Shown one piece after another: positions 9,297-18,742 of a stretch of DNA of 43,038 nt (its first letter is position 1; every line of letters begins with the position of its first letter). The stretch is taken from positions 1 through 43,038 of the IMG/VR virus record IMGVR_UViG_3300025160_000010. One strand, 5' to 3'. The notes beneath the pieces were generated by a model. That model made no database searches and was not told where the DNA came from. It saw only the letters and a list, made by a program, of their open reading frames with translations. Position numbers and translations under genes: made by a program. This DNA is from a virus (lineage: Duplodnaviria; Caudoviricetes).

Positions 9297-9925
9297 TAGA
9301 GGTTCAGCGCCTCCGCGATCACCTGCTTGTAGGTCAAGGCCTCGCTCGCGCCCGTGGTGACCGCCAGACCCACGATCAGATTGGCGACCGTCGAATCAAA
9401 CGTGGACCCCGCCCCCTGGAGCACTTCCACCTCATTCGCAAACAGACCGGTCGCGGAGAGCTGGTGCATGGCCCGCGAGGCCCCGTGCGATGTGGCGGCC
9501 GCGCCAAGCGTGCGAATGATGAAGGTGATGACCTGGCTGCCCGTGTCAGCGGCCGCCGTCGGGGTTCCCGAGGTCAGGGTGACGATGGTGGCATCCGCCG
9601 TCGTCCCGTTCGTCCCGATCTTGACCAGGTGGGAGCGGGCGGCCGTGCCCGCCGCCGTCTTGGTAAAGATCAGCCGCCAGCGAAAGATCGTGCCGACCCG
9701 CAGCAGCCCCGCCGGGACGGCGATGTTTGAATTCGTCAGATAGGTCGTCGCGCCAGCGCCGGGCGATTGATCCCCGACCGAGACATTTCGCAGGACGTTG
9801 CCCGCCCAGGCCTTGACGAGCGTGCCGCTCACCTTCTTCGACACGCCCGCCTCATTGATCTCAAATTCATTGGCGTCCGCCATCGCGGACGCGGCGCTGA
9901 GGGCGCTGATCTTGGAGTCAGCCAT
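9296..9925 (-). CDS. Virion accessory/fibre protein
   Basis: N-terminal MADSKISAL...SKKV motif typical of phage fibre attachment segments; Ala/Thr-rich. Confidence 0.7.
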   Translation of the reverse strand: MADSKISALSAASAMADANEFEINEAGVSKKVSGTLVKAWAGNVLRNVSVGDQSPGAGATTYLTNSNIAVPAGLLRVGTIFRWRLIFTKTAAGTAARSHLVKIGTNGTTADATIVTLTSGTPTAAADTGSQVITFIIRTLGAAATSHGASRAMHQLSATGLFANEVEVLQGAGSTFDSTVANLIVGLAVTTGASEALTYKQVIAEALNL

Positions 9926-9931
9926 GGTCCC

Positions 9932-10822
9932 CTAGAGAATGACGAAGCTGTCGCCGCTCACCGGCGCGGTGGTCAAGGTCTCCACCGTCAGCGCCGGACC
10001 CGTCGTATTGGCCGTGATCTTGGTGCCCTGCTGCCGCAGATTGGCCGTGGTCGTGCCTTTCCGGAAGATCAAGATTTTTCCTTTGAGCTGGTCGGCTATC
10101 GACGGGGAGACATCGATGGCACTACAGACGATGTTGGTCGTGGTGGACCCGGCCCCCACGGTGCCGAATCCCACGCAATCGAGCGTGTACGTCCAGCGGT
10201 TCAGAAGATCCTGGTCCCCCCCGATGGCTTTAATGTTCGCCAGGAGAGCATTGACGGCCAGATCGGTGAGCAGCACATCGTAGGTCGTCGTGTTGTCCGG
10301 CGTGGTCTCCCAGTTCGGGACGATGGTGGCGACCTTGGTGGAGGTGTTGTAGGCGGTGATGATCCGTGCCTGGTTGTTCGCCCCCCCGGTCCCACCGCCG
10401 CCGGTCCCGCCCGTGGTCTTGACGATGCACCCGACGATGCTATACGCCGCCGCGCCGGCGGCCAGCGTGATGGATCCCGCCGCGCCGGCCTGCGCCGTCC
10501 CCGATTCCAGGGTCGGCAGCAGCCTGGGCTTCAACGTCATCAGGGTATTCTTCGGACCGCTGGCCGCTTTCGCTGCCAGGGCTGCGATCGAGCAATCCAT
10601 CTCGGCGCCGGAGATGGTCAGCATCCCCACGCCATTGCTCCCGACGATCGTCGTCACCTCCTCAGCGCAGTCCGCGAAGTCCCCGCCATCCTTGCTAATC
10701 TCTGTGTCCGGCGTCGTGGGATCGGTCGGGTCCCCGTCCGCATCCAGGTAGGGGATGTTGACCGTATATCGCGCCCCCTTCACCGGGTACGGCAGCGATC
10801 CGTGACTCGCATGATTGGCCAT
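9932..10822 (-). CDS. Virion accessory protein
   Basis: Thr/Gly-rich; ISKDGG, QARIITAY...W.T.PD.T..Y repeated beta module; AGGAG RBS. Confidence 0.7.
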   Translation of the reverse strand: MANHASHGSLPYPVKGARYTVNIPYLDADGDPTDPTTPDTEISKDGGDFADCAEEVTTIVGSNGVGMLTISGAEMDCSIAALAAKAASGPKNTLMTLKPRLLPTLESGTAQAGAAGSITLAAGAAAYSIVGCIVKTTGGTGGGGTGGANNQARIITAYNTSTKVATIVPNWETTPDNTTTYDVLLTDLAVNALLANIKAIGGDQDLLNRWTYTLDCVGFGTVGAGSTTTNIVCSAIDVSPSIADQLKGKILIFRKGTTTANLRQQGTKITANTTGPALTVETLTTAPVSGDSFVIL

Positions 10823-10842
10823 CTATTCTCCTTGCTGGGATG

Positions 10843-10903
10843 GCTGACCTCTGATCGCTGACCACTGATGTCAGAGAACAGAGGTCAGATGTCAGTGATC
10901 AGT
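10843..10903. repeat. Intergenic 7-mer inverted microsatellite hairpin
   Basis: ctgacct ctgatcg ctgacca ctga ... tcagaga acagagg tcagatg tcagtga tcag. Confidence 0.75.
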
Positions 10904-12122
10904 AGATTCCCGCCCCCACCCGCGCCCCGTGCTCCACGCCCCCGTGCCGCCGCATGGCGGGATGACCCCCGCCAGCCGCCGCCGGCTTGAACGCCACACC
11001 GCCGATGCCCCAGTTGATGCTGCTCCCCGAGCCAGCCCAGGACATGACGCCGCCAGCCGTGCCAGGTTGCGTAGAGGTGGATTGGGTGATGTTGTCTGAC
11101 GTAGCAAACACCTCGCGTGTCCGTTCCGTCTGATCGGCTCCCACGGTGCCCAGTTCAATGCCAGAACCCGCCTCGTGCCAGTACACGTTCGCGCACACGA
11201 GATCATCCGCCCCGACACTGCCCACCGGCACGGTGGGCGACGTCGTCTGCCCAGTCGCGGTCGCAGGGGTCCCGACAGGCGTCGTTTGATCGACGCCCGT
11301 CATGGTGATAACACCGAACGCATGCTCGTCAGGCGTGGTGCTTACGAGGTCGCTCGTCACAGTCTGGGCGCTCGCCGCCACTCCGGCGAGGGCGTATCCG
11401 GCATGGGCGTAAAGGAAACCGCTTGCATACGTCGCATCCCACAACTCGGTCATGCCGCTGCCACCGTAGGTGACCTCGCCGAGGCTTCCTCCGCCACCCG
11501 CTGAATTTCCGACTCCGACAAAAGCTGCGGGGTTGGGCGAACCGGCAGTGTGCGAGAGGCTCACCACACCATCCCCAGCAAGCTCCTGCACGTCCGTGGC
11601 CGCGTCGAAGGCCACGGAGTTTTTATGCCGAGGGAGCAGGGGCGCGGGCGAGTCGGTCGTCATCGCGAGGAGGATTTCCGTCTCTGCCGAGTCCCCCCGG
11701 AGCAGTTCGAGGACGAGATGCGCCTCCCTGACGTCGGCCAACTCACCGATTCGGGTCAGTGGGACGTCATAGTAATATCCCTCTGCATCCGGGATCGCCC
11801 TGGCTAGCCAGTCCTTCGCTCGTTGAGCCAAAAGCACGGTCGGCTTGTAGACGAGTCGATACTCCGCGATCTCTACACCCCGCCGATCGGTACGCAGACC
11901 GCCGCTCGCCTGCCCAACGCAGACGTGCTCTACGCCGCCTAGCCGATAAATGAGTGAGACACGCAGCGTCGCATCGGCATCCCAGATCATTGGGGCCACA
12001 GTCGTCGGCCGCCGGAGACGCACTTCCAGACGGCTCGTGAGGGGACTCACGACAACCCACGGCGTCTCGAAGTGGGGCGAGGACCGCTCCAGCCGAATGC
12101 GAATACGATCCGTCAGGCGCAT
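10899..12122 (-). CDS. Two-domain virion accessory protein
   Basis: C-terminal Ser/Thr/Gly-rich beta domain starting VAFDAA with TGVDQTTP motif; unrelated N-terminal domain. Confidence 0.65.
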   Translation of the reverse strand: MRLTDRIRIRLERSSPHFETPWVVVSPLTSRLEVRLRRPTTVAPMIWDADATLRVSLIYRLGGVEHVCVGQASGGLRTDRRGVEIAEYRLVYKPTVLLAQRAKDWLARAIPDAEGYYYDVPLTRIGELADVREAHLVLELLRGDSAETEILLAMTTDSPAPLLPRHKNSVAFDAATDVQELAGDGVVSLSHTAGSPNPAAFVGVGNSAGGGGSLGEVTYGGSGMTELWDATYASGFLYAHAGYALAGVAASAQTVTSDLVSTTPDEHAFGVITMTGVDQTTPVGTPATATGQTTSPTVPVGSVGADDLVCANVYWHEAGSGIELGTVGADQTERTREVFATSDNITQSTSTQPGTAGGVMSWAGSGSSINWGIGGVAFKPAAAGGGHPAMRRHGGVEHGARVGAGIY

Positions 12123-12129
12123 AGGTCTC

Positions 12130-14646
12130 TCATGGCACTACCCGCAAATTCGTTGGTGCAGATGGAGGCGCACCGCCCGTCCCATCACTTGCAGTAAAGC
12201 TCGTGAAGCCAAAGTTGGCATTATTGGACCCGTCGTTATAGAGTCCAATACCTGGAGCCCCATCGGTCCAGGTGTTGTCGGTCGCGCGCATATACAGAAC
12301 GTCGTTGACATACGCGTTAATCGTCCCGCCGGCAATCGTGGCCTTGACGATGTCGCCGGTGCTCAGCGCCACCGCGCCCCCGTTGAACTCGGTGATCGGC
12401 AGGATCGTGAAGTTTCCCAGCGGGCCGTTCCAGCGCACGATCTGCGCGTAGTCTCCGTCCCACGCAAATAAGATTTCGTATCCGCGATTGACCCCCGCAC
12501 TGATCGCGGACCGGAGACGAATCTCGACCTCGGCCAACCCCCCAGGATTGTTAATATACACGGTGCCTTGTGCCTGCTGATCTGCCCCCCAGGTGCCAGC
12601 GAGGATGGCCGTCGAATCATCAAACCCCCCACTGCCGTCCTGCTGGCCGATGGCACGGTTGTTCGCGTTGACCAGGACATCCTGCCAGGCCAGGCCCACA
12701 GTCTTGCCGCCGATCCACTGCCCACCCTCGGAGAGCGGATTTTCGACGAGCGGGAAATTCGTGGTGTAGGTGCCACCGCTCTGGATCGCGCCATACGCCG
12801 ATGGAGTGAAGCTCGCTATGGCGCCGCCCGCAGCCTCGTAGGCGAGCTGCGCGGGAATCTTGTTCGCGTGTCCCGCCAAATACGTTCCGCCCGACACGTC
12901 GGGACCGATGGGCGGCCAGACGGCGGTGCCGACGCCGTTAATGACGAAGAATGGCGGACGGCTAGACTTATAGAAGGAATTGGGAAGGACTTGACTCGCA
13001 GGAACGGGATTCGGGAAGACCGCACCCCCGGACGGCACCTCTGCCGACAGCCACCGTGTCCCGCCGGTCGTGGCGTAATTGCCCCATAGCATCGCCGTGG
13101 TCCACACGCCCGAATCCGAGGCGACACCATCGGTCGCGCCGCTGCTGGCATTGGGGCCGGAATAGCCGAGCCGGAACCCGAACGAGGAAAACCGGTCATA
13201 CTTCGTGCTGTCGGTCGCCAGGGTTTTGTAGACCGTCGTCGCGCCGATGACGTTCCCGACGAAATTGTGCCAGCGGTGGTAGGAGTTGAGATCAAAGCCG
13301 TGGTCCTGGGCGTGGTTACGATAGTAGGTCTGGAGAGCACTCGACCCATGGAAATCGTCGCCCCACATCTTCCAGAAGGAGTTGCCCTCCACAAGATTCA
13401 GCGAACTCCCGACCTGATGCTGCTGGAAGCCGCCCTCCTGCTGCTGATCGCTCACGTACCGCTCATAATTATAGGCGATGACGTTCCCCGAGGAGATCCC
13501 GAGGATCATCACCGGGGATTCCACTTCATTGAGGATGTTATTTTCCACGAGCGAATCGAACGCTCCTTTGAGCGCGATGCCATAGGAGGTGGTTGTGAAG
13601 AGCCCGCCCCCGGTCATCCGATCAATCCACCCATCCCGAATGGTGATGTTCCGACTATCGCTGACGTAGATCGCATAGTCGGTCGCGCCGCCCGCATGCC
13701 AGGAGGTGTACCGGGGGACGATCCCCACGCCCTTGATCCACGAATCGACAGCCCAGTTGAGGCCGATGACGGACAACTTTTCGGATGTCACGCTGGTCGT
13801 CTGAATCCGCAGATATTCCAGCCCGGCATTGCGGATAGTCGAGGCGGCTGGAATCCAGCCGGCTTTCGGGCTCCGCGCGGAGACCCAGGTGCCGGTGGGG
13901 AGTCGAATCCCGGGCGCGGGGATCGTGACCGCCGTGCCGTTCACGCTCACCACACGGACCCGTTGCTGCTGGCCGCTGAGCAGCGTTTCTCCTGAGCCCT
14001 CCCGCGAGACCGCATTGGAGGCCGCGGTCTTCTGGCTCACGAAATACCCGCTATTCGGCACCGAGGCGTCCGGATCGTCACTCTGCCAGAGCACGAGGGT
14101 ATCCCCGGCAGCGAGTCCTGTCGGTGTCGAGGCCAGGTTGACAACGGTCGCTCCCTGGCTATATATGCCTGCCTGGCCATTCGTCCCGGTCCAGTTGATC
14201 TTCGCGGAGGGGACACTGGCCAAGGCGGGCGCGACCTCCACCATGCCGGTATCCGTCTGCTGGAACATGACGGCGACTTGACCGGACCCCCAGAAGAAGC
14301 TGGTGTTGCCGAATGCGGTGAAGTTGAGGAGCGTGGACATCCCCTGGCCACGCAGGGTGACGTTGGACTGCATGACGATGGACGTGGAGAGATTGAAGGT
14401 CCCGGCTCCGAGTTCGACATACGTGCCCGACGGAGCAGCGGCGAGGGCAGTATTGATCGTCGCCGCCGTCCCCGTGTAGGCCGCAATCGTGGAGCCGGAC
14501 TTCGTCCGGTTCGTTGGGATGCCGCCGGTGACTCCGGGGGACGTCCAGTCTGTCGCCCGCGTGGCGGCGAGGATGCCGGACCAGAGCTGGCCGGATGCGG
14601 CGGTGGCCCAGAGCAGTATGGCCAGGGAGAGCAGCAGGCGTATCAT
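12130..14646 (-). CDS. Secreted beta-helix (pectin-lyase-like) protein with lectin-like domain and C-terminal PSAPTNL strand
   Basis: Signal peptide MIRLLLSLAILLWATAASG; DWTSPGVTGGIP, VTLRGQG, SLVENN/GNVIAYN/NLVEGN beta-helix repeats. Confidence 0.8.
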   Translation of the reverse strand: MIRLLLSLAILLWATAASGQLWSGILAATRATDWTSPGVTGGIPTNRTKSGSTIAAYTGTAATINTALAAAPSGTYVELGAGTFNLSTSIVMQSNVTLRGQGMSTLLNFTAFGNTSFFWGSGQVAVMFQQTDTGMVEVAPALASVPSAKINWTGTNGQAGIYSQGATVVNLASTPTGLAAGDTLVLWQSDDPDASVPNSGYFVSQKTAASNAVSREGSGETLLSGQQQRVRVVSVNGTAVTIPAPGIRLPTGTWVSARSPKAGWIPAASTIRNAGLEYLRIQTTSVTSEKLSVIGLNWAVDSWIKGVGIVPRYTSWHAGGATDYAIYVSDSRNITIRDGWIDRMTGGGLFTTTSYGIALKGAFDSLVENNILNEVESPVMILGISSGNVIAYNYERYVSDQQQEGGFQQHQVGSSLNLVEGNSFWKMWGDDFHGSSALQTYYRNHAQDHGFDLNSYHRWHNFVGNVIGATTVYKTLATDSTKYDRFSSFGFRLGYSGPNASSGATDGVASDSGVWTTAMLWGNYATTGGTRWLSAEVPSGGAVFPNPVPASQVLPNSFYKSSRPPFFVINGVGTAVWPPIGPDVSGGTYLAGHANKIPAQLAYEAAGGAIASFTPSAYGAIQSGGTYTTNFPLVENPLSEGGQWIGGKTVGLAWQDVLVNANNRAIGQQDGSGGFDDSTAILAGTWGADQQAQGTVYINNPGGLAEVEIRLRSAISAGVNRGYEILFAWDGDYAQIVRWNGPLGNFTILPITEFNGGAVALSTGDIVKATIAGGTINAYVNDVLYMRATDNTWTDGAPGIGLYNDGSNNANFGFTSFTASDGTGGAPPSAPTNLRVVP

Positions 14647-14715
14647 GACTCGCGCGATCCTTCCTCGGGAATTACCTGTGGTCCCAATATTGCCACAGAC
14701 ACCGCAGCCAGGCCT

Positions 14716-15078
14716 TTACGGCTCTAGTGTTACTCCAAGCTGGCCGGGGGCCACAGGGATCGTAAAAGGGACCGAAACCCCTGCCGTGTTCGAGTAGGGA
14801 CCTTTCCCGGCGGCATTGCGCCCGTTCACGCGCCAGCAGTAGGTCCCTCCCTCCGCAATTGTCCCATCCCGGTAGGTAACGATATTCGCGCCGACGCTCC
14901 CGATCACGCCCCACGTTGCCGCTGAGCCAGCGCATTGCTCGGTCTTGCGCTCTACATCGAAGTTGGTCTCGTTCGCGGAGTTGTCCTGCCAGGTCAGGAC
15001 TGCGGTCGCGGCCAAGGCCGACGGGGCAAAGGCGAGGAACAAGAGCAACAGCGTACCGAGGATCCACACTCGTCTCAT
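14716..15078 (-). CDS. Secreted single FN3-domain protein
   Basis: Signal peptide MRRVWILGTLLLLFLAFAPSALA; LTWQDNSANE, YCWRV...N..G...YSN; ends PVAPGQLGV; GAGG RBS. Confidence 0.85.
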   Translation of the reverse strand: MRRVWILGTLLLLFLAFAPSALAATAVLTWQDNSANETNFDVERKTEQCAGSAATWGVIGSVGANIVTYRDGTIAEGGTYCWRVNGRNAAGKGPYSNTAGVSVPFTIPVAPGQLGVTLEP

Positions 15079-15095
15079 CACACACCTCTCTGTCT

Positions 15096-15551
15096 CTACG
15101 GGGTTAATCGTCTCCGGATCTGCAGCCGCTCCCGAACGGTCTGGCCGGCTCGGGTACCGATCGTTTCGCCCGGGGTCAGGGCATCCGCCGGCGTCCGGAT
15201 GTAGAACGCGTCGAAGCTGATCTCGTTGCTCGGGCTGCTCTCGCCGTCGGCGTTGGCCGCGGTCACGATCGCCCACCAGGTCCCGCTGACTCCGATGGCT
15301 GTCAGAGCGTCCAGGCTGCGAGCCGCGGGATTCTGGACGACCGTCGTGCGCGTGTAATTCCCGGAGGCTGGCCCGACTTTGACGCGGAACTCCGTGACCG
15401 TCCCGCCCCCGCCCTGGGCCCAGTCCCAGTCGATGGTCGAAGTTTCCATGTTGACGGTGGCCGCGGACGGGGCGACAGGGACAGCGACAGCGATGGAGAC
15501 CGCGAAGAGAACGGCCATCCAGCCGAACCGCCGAATCGACTTGTCGGTCAT
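15096..15551 (-). CDS. Secreted single FN3-like protein with basic C-terminal tail
   Basis: Signal-like N-terminus; IDWDW, FRVKVGPASGNYT, VTAANADGESSPSNE. Confidence 0.8.
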   Translation of the reverse strand: MTDKSIRRFGWMAVLFAVSIAVAVPVAPSAATVNMETSTIDWDWAQGGGGTVTEFRVKVGPASGNYTRTTVVQNPAARSLDALTAIGVSGTWWAIVTAANADGESSPSNEISFDAFYIRTPADALTPGETIGTRAGQTVRERLQIRRRLTP

Positions 15552-15583
15552 TGGCAACTCAACAGTCAGAACCAGCAAACCAC

Positions 15584-16477
15584 TTATTCCACCGTTAGGT
15601 CATACGTGGTCTGCAGGGAGTCTCCTGAGCTGAGGTTGACCGCGCTGAACACCACGCGACTCCACATCGTGCCGCCGCCGGTGGCCGCCTGGGACAAGAG
15701 GCACCACTCGGTGATGGCCACGCTGGCGTCCACCGTGTTCGTCCCGACCGTTCTGAAGATATTGGTCGCAGTGCCCTCGGTCAGGGAGCCGGTCGCGCGC
15801 GTGCTATCCGGATTGTACTGGGTCGTCAGCTCGGTCGTGCAGCCGGTATCGGTCTCGGTCGCGCTGACGGCCGAGGTCCCGATCCCGTGGTACTTCATGA
15901 TCTCCAGCTCGACCGAGTTCTGCCAGGCATCCACCAGGAAGTTTTCCCCGGCATTCACGATCAGGTTCTTGATCGGTCCGCGCTGGTCAAAGAGCGTGTA
16001 ACGCTCCCCGGCCGCCCAGGCTGTGCCGATCAGGCTGTCGGCCCAGGTATAGGAGACCGGGACGAAGCTGGAGCCGATCTTGAGATAGCCGCCGGCCACG
16101 TCCGGGCGGAATGCCTTCACGGTCAGGGCGCCCCGCAGCAGCGGCTTCGCCTGGAACTCCTCCGCGGCCATCTTGCCCTGGGCGATGATCTTTTCCTGGC
16201 CGTCCGCTGTCCTTCTGACCTTCTGCCATCTGACCTCTTCTTTCTGCTTCACCTGCTCCTGGGCCACCAGCAGCCGATACTCCTTGACCGCCGGCACGAG
16301 CTGCCAGAAGAAGGCATAGCCGGCGACCGCCAGGCCGATCGCCGTGATCGAGCCCCAGAGGCCGATCTTGTTCCTAAGCTGCTTCTTCCGTTCCTCGATC
16401 GTTGGCGACATCGGTCCTCCTCCAGGCGTCTTGCTGACGCCAAAGCCTTCACTTGGAGTCATGCCTTCACGAGCCAC
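15584..16477 (-). CDS. Membrane-anchored protein with phage structural-type C-terminal domain
   Basis: TM helix IGLWGSITAIGLAVAGYAFFW; C-terminal NLIVNAG...GIGT...FSAVNL..GDSLQTTY; alternative start 16411. Confidence 0.7.
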   Translation of the reverse strand: MAREGMTPSEGFGVSKTPGGGPMSPTIEERKKQLRNKIGLWGSITAIGLAVAGYAFFWQLVPAVKEYRLLVAQEQVKQKEEVRWQKVRRTADGQEKIIAQGKMAAEEFQAKPLLRGALTVKAFRPDVAGGYLKIGSSFVPVSYTWADSLIGTAWAAGERYTLFDQRGPIKNLIVNAGENFLVDAWQNSVELEIMKYHGIGTSAVSATETDTGCTTELTTQYNPDSTRATGSLTEGTATNIFRTVGTNTVDASVAITEWCLLSQAATGGGTMWSRVVFSAVNLSSGDSLQTTYDLTVE

Positions 16478-16481
16478 CGGC

Positions 16482-16763
16482 CTACCCTCCTTCCGCTGCC
16501 TTGCGGGCCTTGAGGCCCGTCTGGGCCCAGGTTCCCGCTTCCGCCATGAACGGCTGAATCTCCGCGGCTGCCAACTCGACGCGAGCCAGCTCCGCCTGAA
16601 CGGCGGGCTTCACCCGCTCTTTCACTTGGTCCTCCAGATCCACCAGGAGCAGCAGAAGCATGTAAGGGCGCCTAGCCTGTGGACCTGGTTTCGATGTCTG
16701 GTCCACAGGGCTAATCTTCTCCGCCCCGAACCCCTCTCCCATCCCCACACCTTCTCGGGTCAC
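16482..16763 (-). CDS. Hypothetical protein (93 aa)
   Basis: GTG start with GGAGG RBS; N-terminal REGVGMGEGFG. Confidence 0.6.
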   Translation of the reverse strand: MTREGVGMGEGFGAEKISPVDQTSKPGPQARRPYMLLLLLVDLEDQVKERVKPAVQAELARVELAAAEIQPFMAEAGTWAQTGLKARKAAEGG

Positions 16764-16773
16764 GTTCAACCTC

Positions 16774-16866
16774 CTAGCTGGCAGGCGTGCATGCCGGCAC
16801 GCTGGCACGCTCCGAACTCTCTGACCTGCTGGCCTGCTAGCCTGCACGCTTGCAAGCCTGCGAGCC
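16774..16866. repeat. Intergenic 8-mer (GCTGGCAG/GCCTGC) inverted microsatellite hairpin
   Basis: gctggcag gcgtgcat gccggcac gctggcac ... cctgctgg cctgctag cctgcacg cttgcaag cctgcgag. Confidence 0.75.
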
Positions 16867-16867
16867 T

Positions 16868-17401
16868 TTACAGCAGATACGCCGCCGGCGTGACGGCCTG
16901 GTACTTCGCCGAAGTCACGCAGACCGTGGCCGCATCCGCGGCGCCGCCGGCGATGGTCAGCCGGATCTTCTTCGTCACCGGCAGGGCGAAGGGCGTGGCA
17001 TAGCTGAACGAGGCATTAGCCGTCAGGTTCGCCTTGGCCCCGGCCGTGGCCGAGAGCAGCGTGATCACGGTCGCCGTGTCGGTCTCCACCTTGATGGAGG
17101 TGATGGTCACGTCATCGCTCACGTCCACGTTGGGCAGCGTGATGATGAACTTCTCGACGTACACCGTCCCGCCCGTGGCCGTGAAGAGATCGTAGGCCCC
17201 CGCCGCCTGCTGCAGGTCGATGGTCCCCGTCAGCACGATGCTCCGGATGTCGTAGGGCTCCCAGTTGGTGCCATCGGGGGTCTTGAAGAGGATGTTGGTA
17301 TCGTAGGCCCAGAAGGTGGACCCGGGCGGGACGCCGGTTGGTTTGGTGTCGCTGGAGAGACCGATAAACCGCTGGATGGTGGTGATGAGTTTGTAGGCCA
17401 T
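16868..17401 (-). CDS. Putative head decoration/accessory protein
   Basis: RFIGLSSDTKP N-terminus; YDLFTATGGTV resembles neighbour's HELFNVVGRV. Confidence 0.65.
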   Translation of the reverse strand: MAYKLITTIQRFIGLSSDTKPTGVPPGSTFWAYDTNILFKTPDGTNWEPYDIRSIVLTGTIDLQQAAGAYDLFTATGGTVYVEKFIITLPNVDVSDDVTITSIKVETDTATVITLLSATAGAKANLTANASFSYATPFALPVTKKIRLTIAGGAADAATVCVTSAKYQAVTPAAYLL

Positions 17402-17501
17402 GGGCTAACCGCCTTTTTTGGTTAGCGCCCTGTGGACCCGGTTATGAGGCCTGGTCCACAGGGCGGACACCATGCGCTCTGCGCTCTGCGCTATGCCTTC
17501 T

Positions 17502-18023
17502 TTAGACCGCCGCCTCCACGTAGGCCCCATCGCTCATGGGCGAGTAGAAGATCGACGCCCGGAAACTTCCCGTGGTCAGGCTCGCGGTCGTGGACAGGAT
17601 CCCGATGGTCCCGACATAGTTGACCCCGGCTGTCGTGACTCCACCGACGATCTGGGCAGTCGCCAGGATATCGCTGATGCCAGGCGTTGCCGTGAGGACG
17701 GCAGCCGTCGCGACGGCGCCGCCGACCCAGAAGATCCGCTCGCCGACCGCCAACTGCGCCACTGTCAGGGAGACGCCGCAGAGATCGGCAACGCCGATGG
17801 CCGGCGTCGCCGACGTGTAGTTGAACTTCACCAGCGCGGCGTTGTTCGAGAAGACCACCGTGACCTCGGCGAACAGATTGTGAATCTTGACCCGGCCCAC
17901 CACGTTGAAGAGTTCGTGCTGGGTCTGCTCGATGTAGGTGGCGGCAGCCAGGACGCCGGTATCCACGCGCATCCCGTTGATCAGGTCCGCGATCCGCGCT
18001 CGGGTGGATGGGCTGTAATTCAT
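17502..18023 (-). CDS. Putative head decoration/accessory protein
   Basis: Downstream of capsid; ends YSPMSDGAYV; AGGAG RBS. Confidence 0.65.
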   Translation of the reverse strand: MNYSPSTRARIADLINGMRVDTGVLAAATYIEQTQHELFNVVGRVKIHNLFAEVTVVFSNNAALVKFNYTSATPAIGVADLCGVSLTVAQLAVGERIFWVGGAVATAAVLTATPGISDILATAQIVGGVTTAGVNYVGTIGILSTTASLTTGSFRASIFYSPMSDGAYVEAAV

Positions 18024-18063
18024 CTCTTGCTCCTTGGCGCCCAAGGCTTACGGAGCGCCTCGT

Positions 18064-18155
18064 TCGAGTTATTGCGTCCGTGGAGTTCTTGAGTCTGTTG
18101 AGTTCGACTCAAGCACTCCACGGACTCTAGAGACTCTACAGACTCCACGGACTCC
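18064..18155. repeat. Intergenic 9-mer (GACTCYAYR) inverted microsatellite hairpin
   Basis: gagttattg cgtccgtg gagttcttg agtctgttg ... actccacgg actctagag actctacag actccacgg. Confidence 0.75.
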
Positions 18156-18159
18156 GTGA

Positions 18160-18645
18160 TTACGCCAGCACCGTTTGCGATCGGTTGCCGCTGTAGCGCG
18201 GCTGCAGGATCGCGTGGACCTGGACATTGCCGGTGGATCCGGTGTCCGGGTCGCTGAACTCGATCGTGAGCCACTCCTCATCGTTGTTGACGTCCATGTC
18301 GGCCGCGTCCACCTCGATGATGAGCATGTAGTTGTCATACGTGCCGTGGGTGAGCGTTAGGTCCGCCGAGGTCGCCCAGGCCGCCAAGACATCGGCGAGG
18401 GGCGAGCCGGTCGGCGCACCGCCAAAGGCGTAATGGAAGGTCAGGGGGCTGGTCTTGACCCCATCCGTCGCGCCGCTGAACACCTTGACGTGGGAGCTGG
18501 CGACACCCAACGCCTGCAGGCCGACGATGAAGGTGGCGTGATGCTGGCCCTTCATGTTGATGCTGTCGCCATCCAGGGTCGCCCCCGCGTTGAGGTCGCC
18601 ATCGCTCAACACGGGAACGATCTTGAGTTCCTCTGCGAGCTTCAT
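18160..18645 (-). CDS. Putative capsid decoration protein
   Basis: Directly after major capsid; GDSINMKG...IIEVDAADM...PRY; AGGAGG RBS. Confidence 0.7.
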   Translation of the reverse strand: MKLAEELKIVPVLSDGDLNAGATLDGDSINMKGQHHATFIVGLQALGVASSHVKVFSGATDGVKTSPLTFHYAFGGAPTGSPLADVLAAWATSADLTLTHGTYDNYMLIIEVDAADMDVNNDEEWLTIEFSDPDTGSTGNVQVHAILQPRYSGNRSQTVLA

Positions 18646-18661
18646 GATCTGTTCCTCCTTA

Positions 18662-18742
18662 GGCGCATAGCGCATGGCGCATGGCGCATGGCGTTCCGAT
18701 TCAGACGCGAGGCGCTTCCCGCTATGCGCCTTGCGTTATTAG
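18662..18742. repeat. Intergenic 7-mer (GCGCATR) inverted microsatellite hairpin
   Basis: gcgcata gcgcatg gcgcatg gcgcatg ... cgctatgcgccttgcg. Confidence 0.8.
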
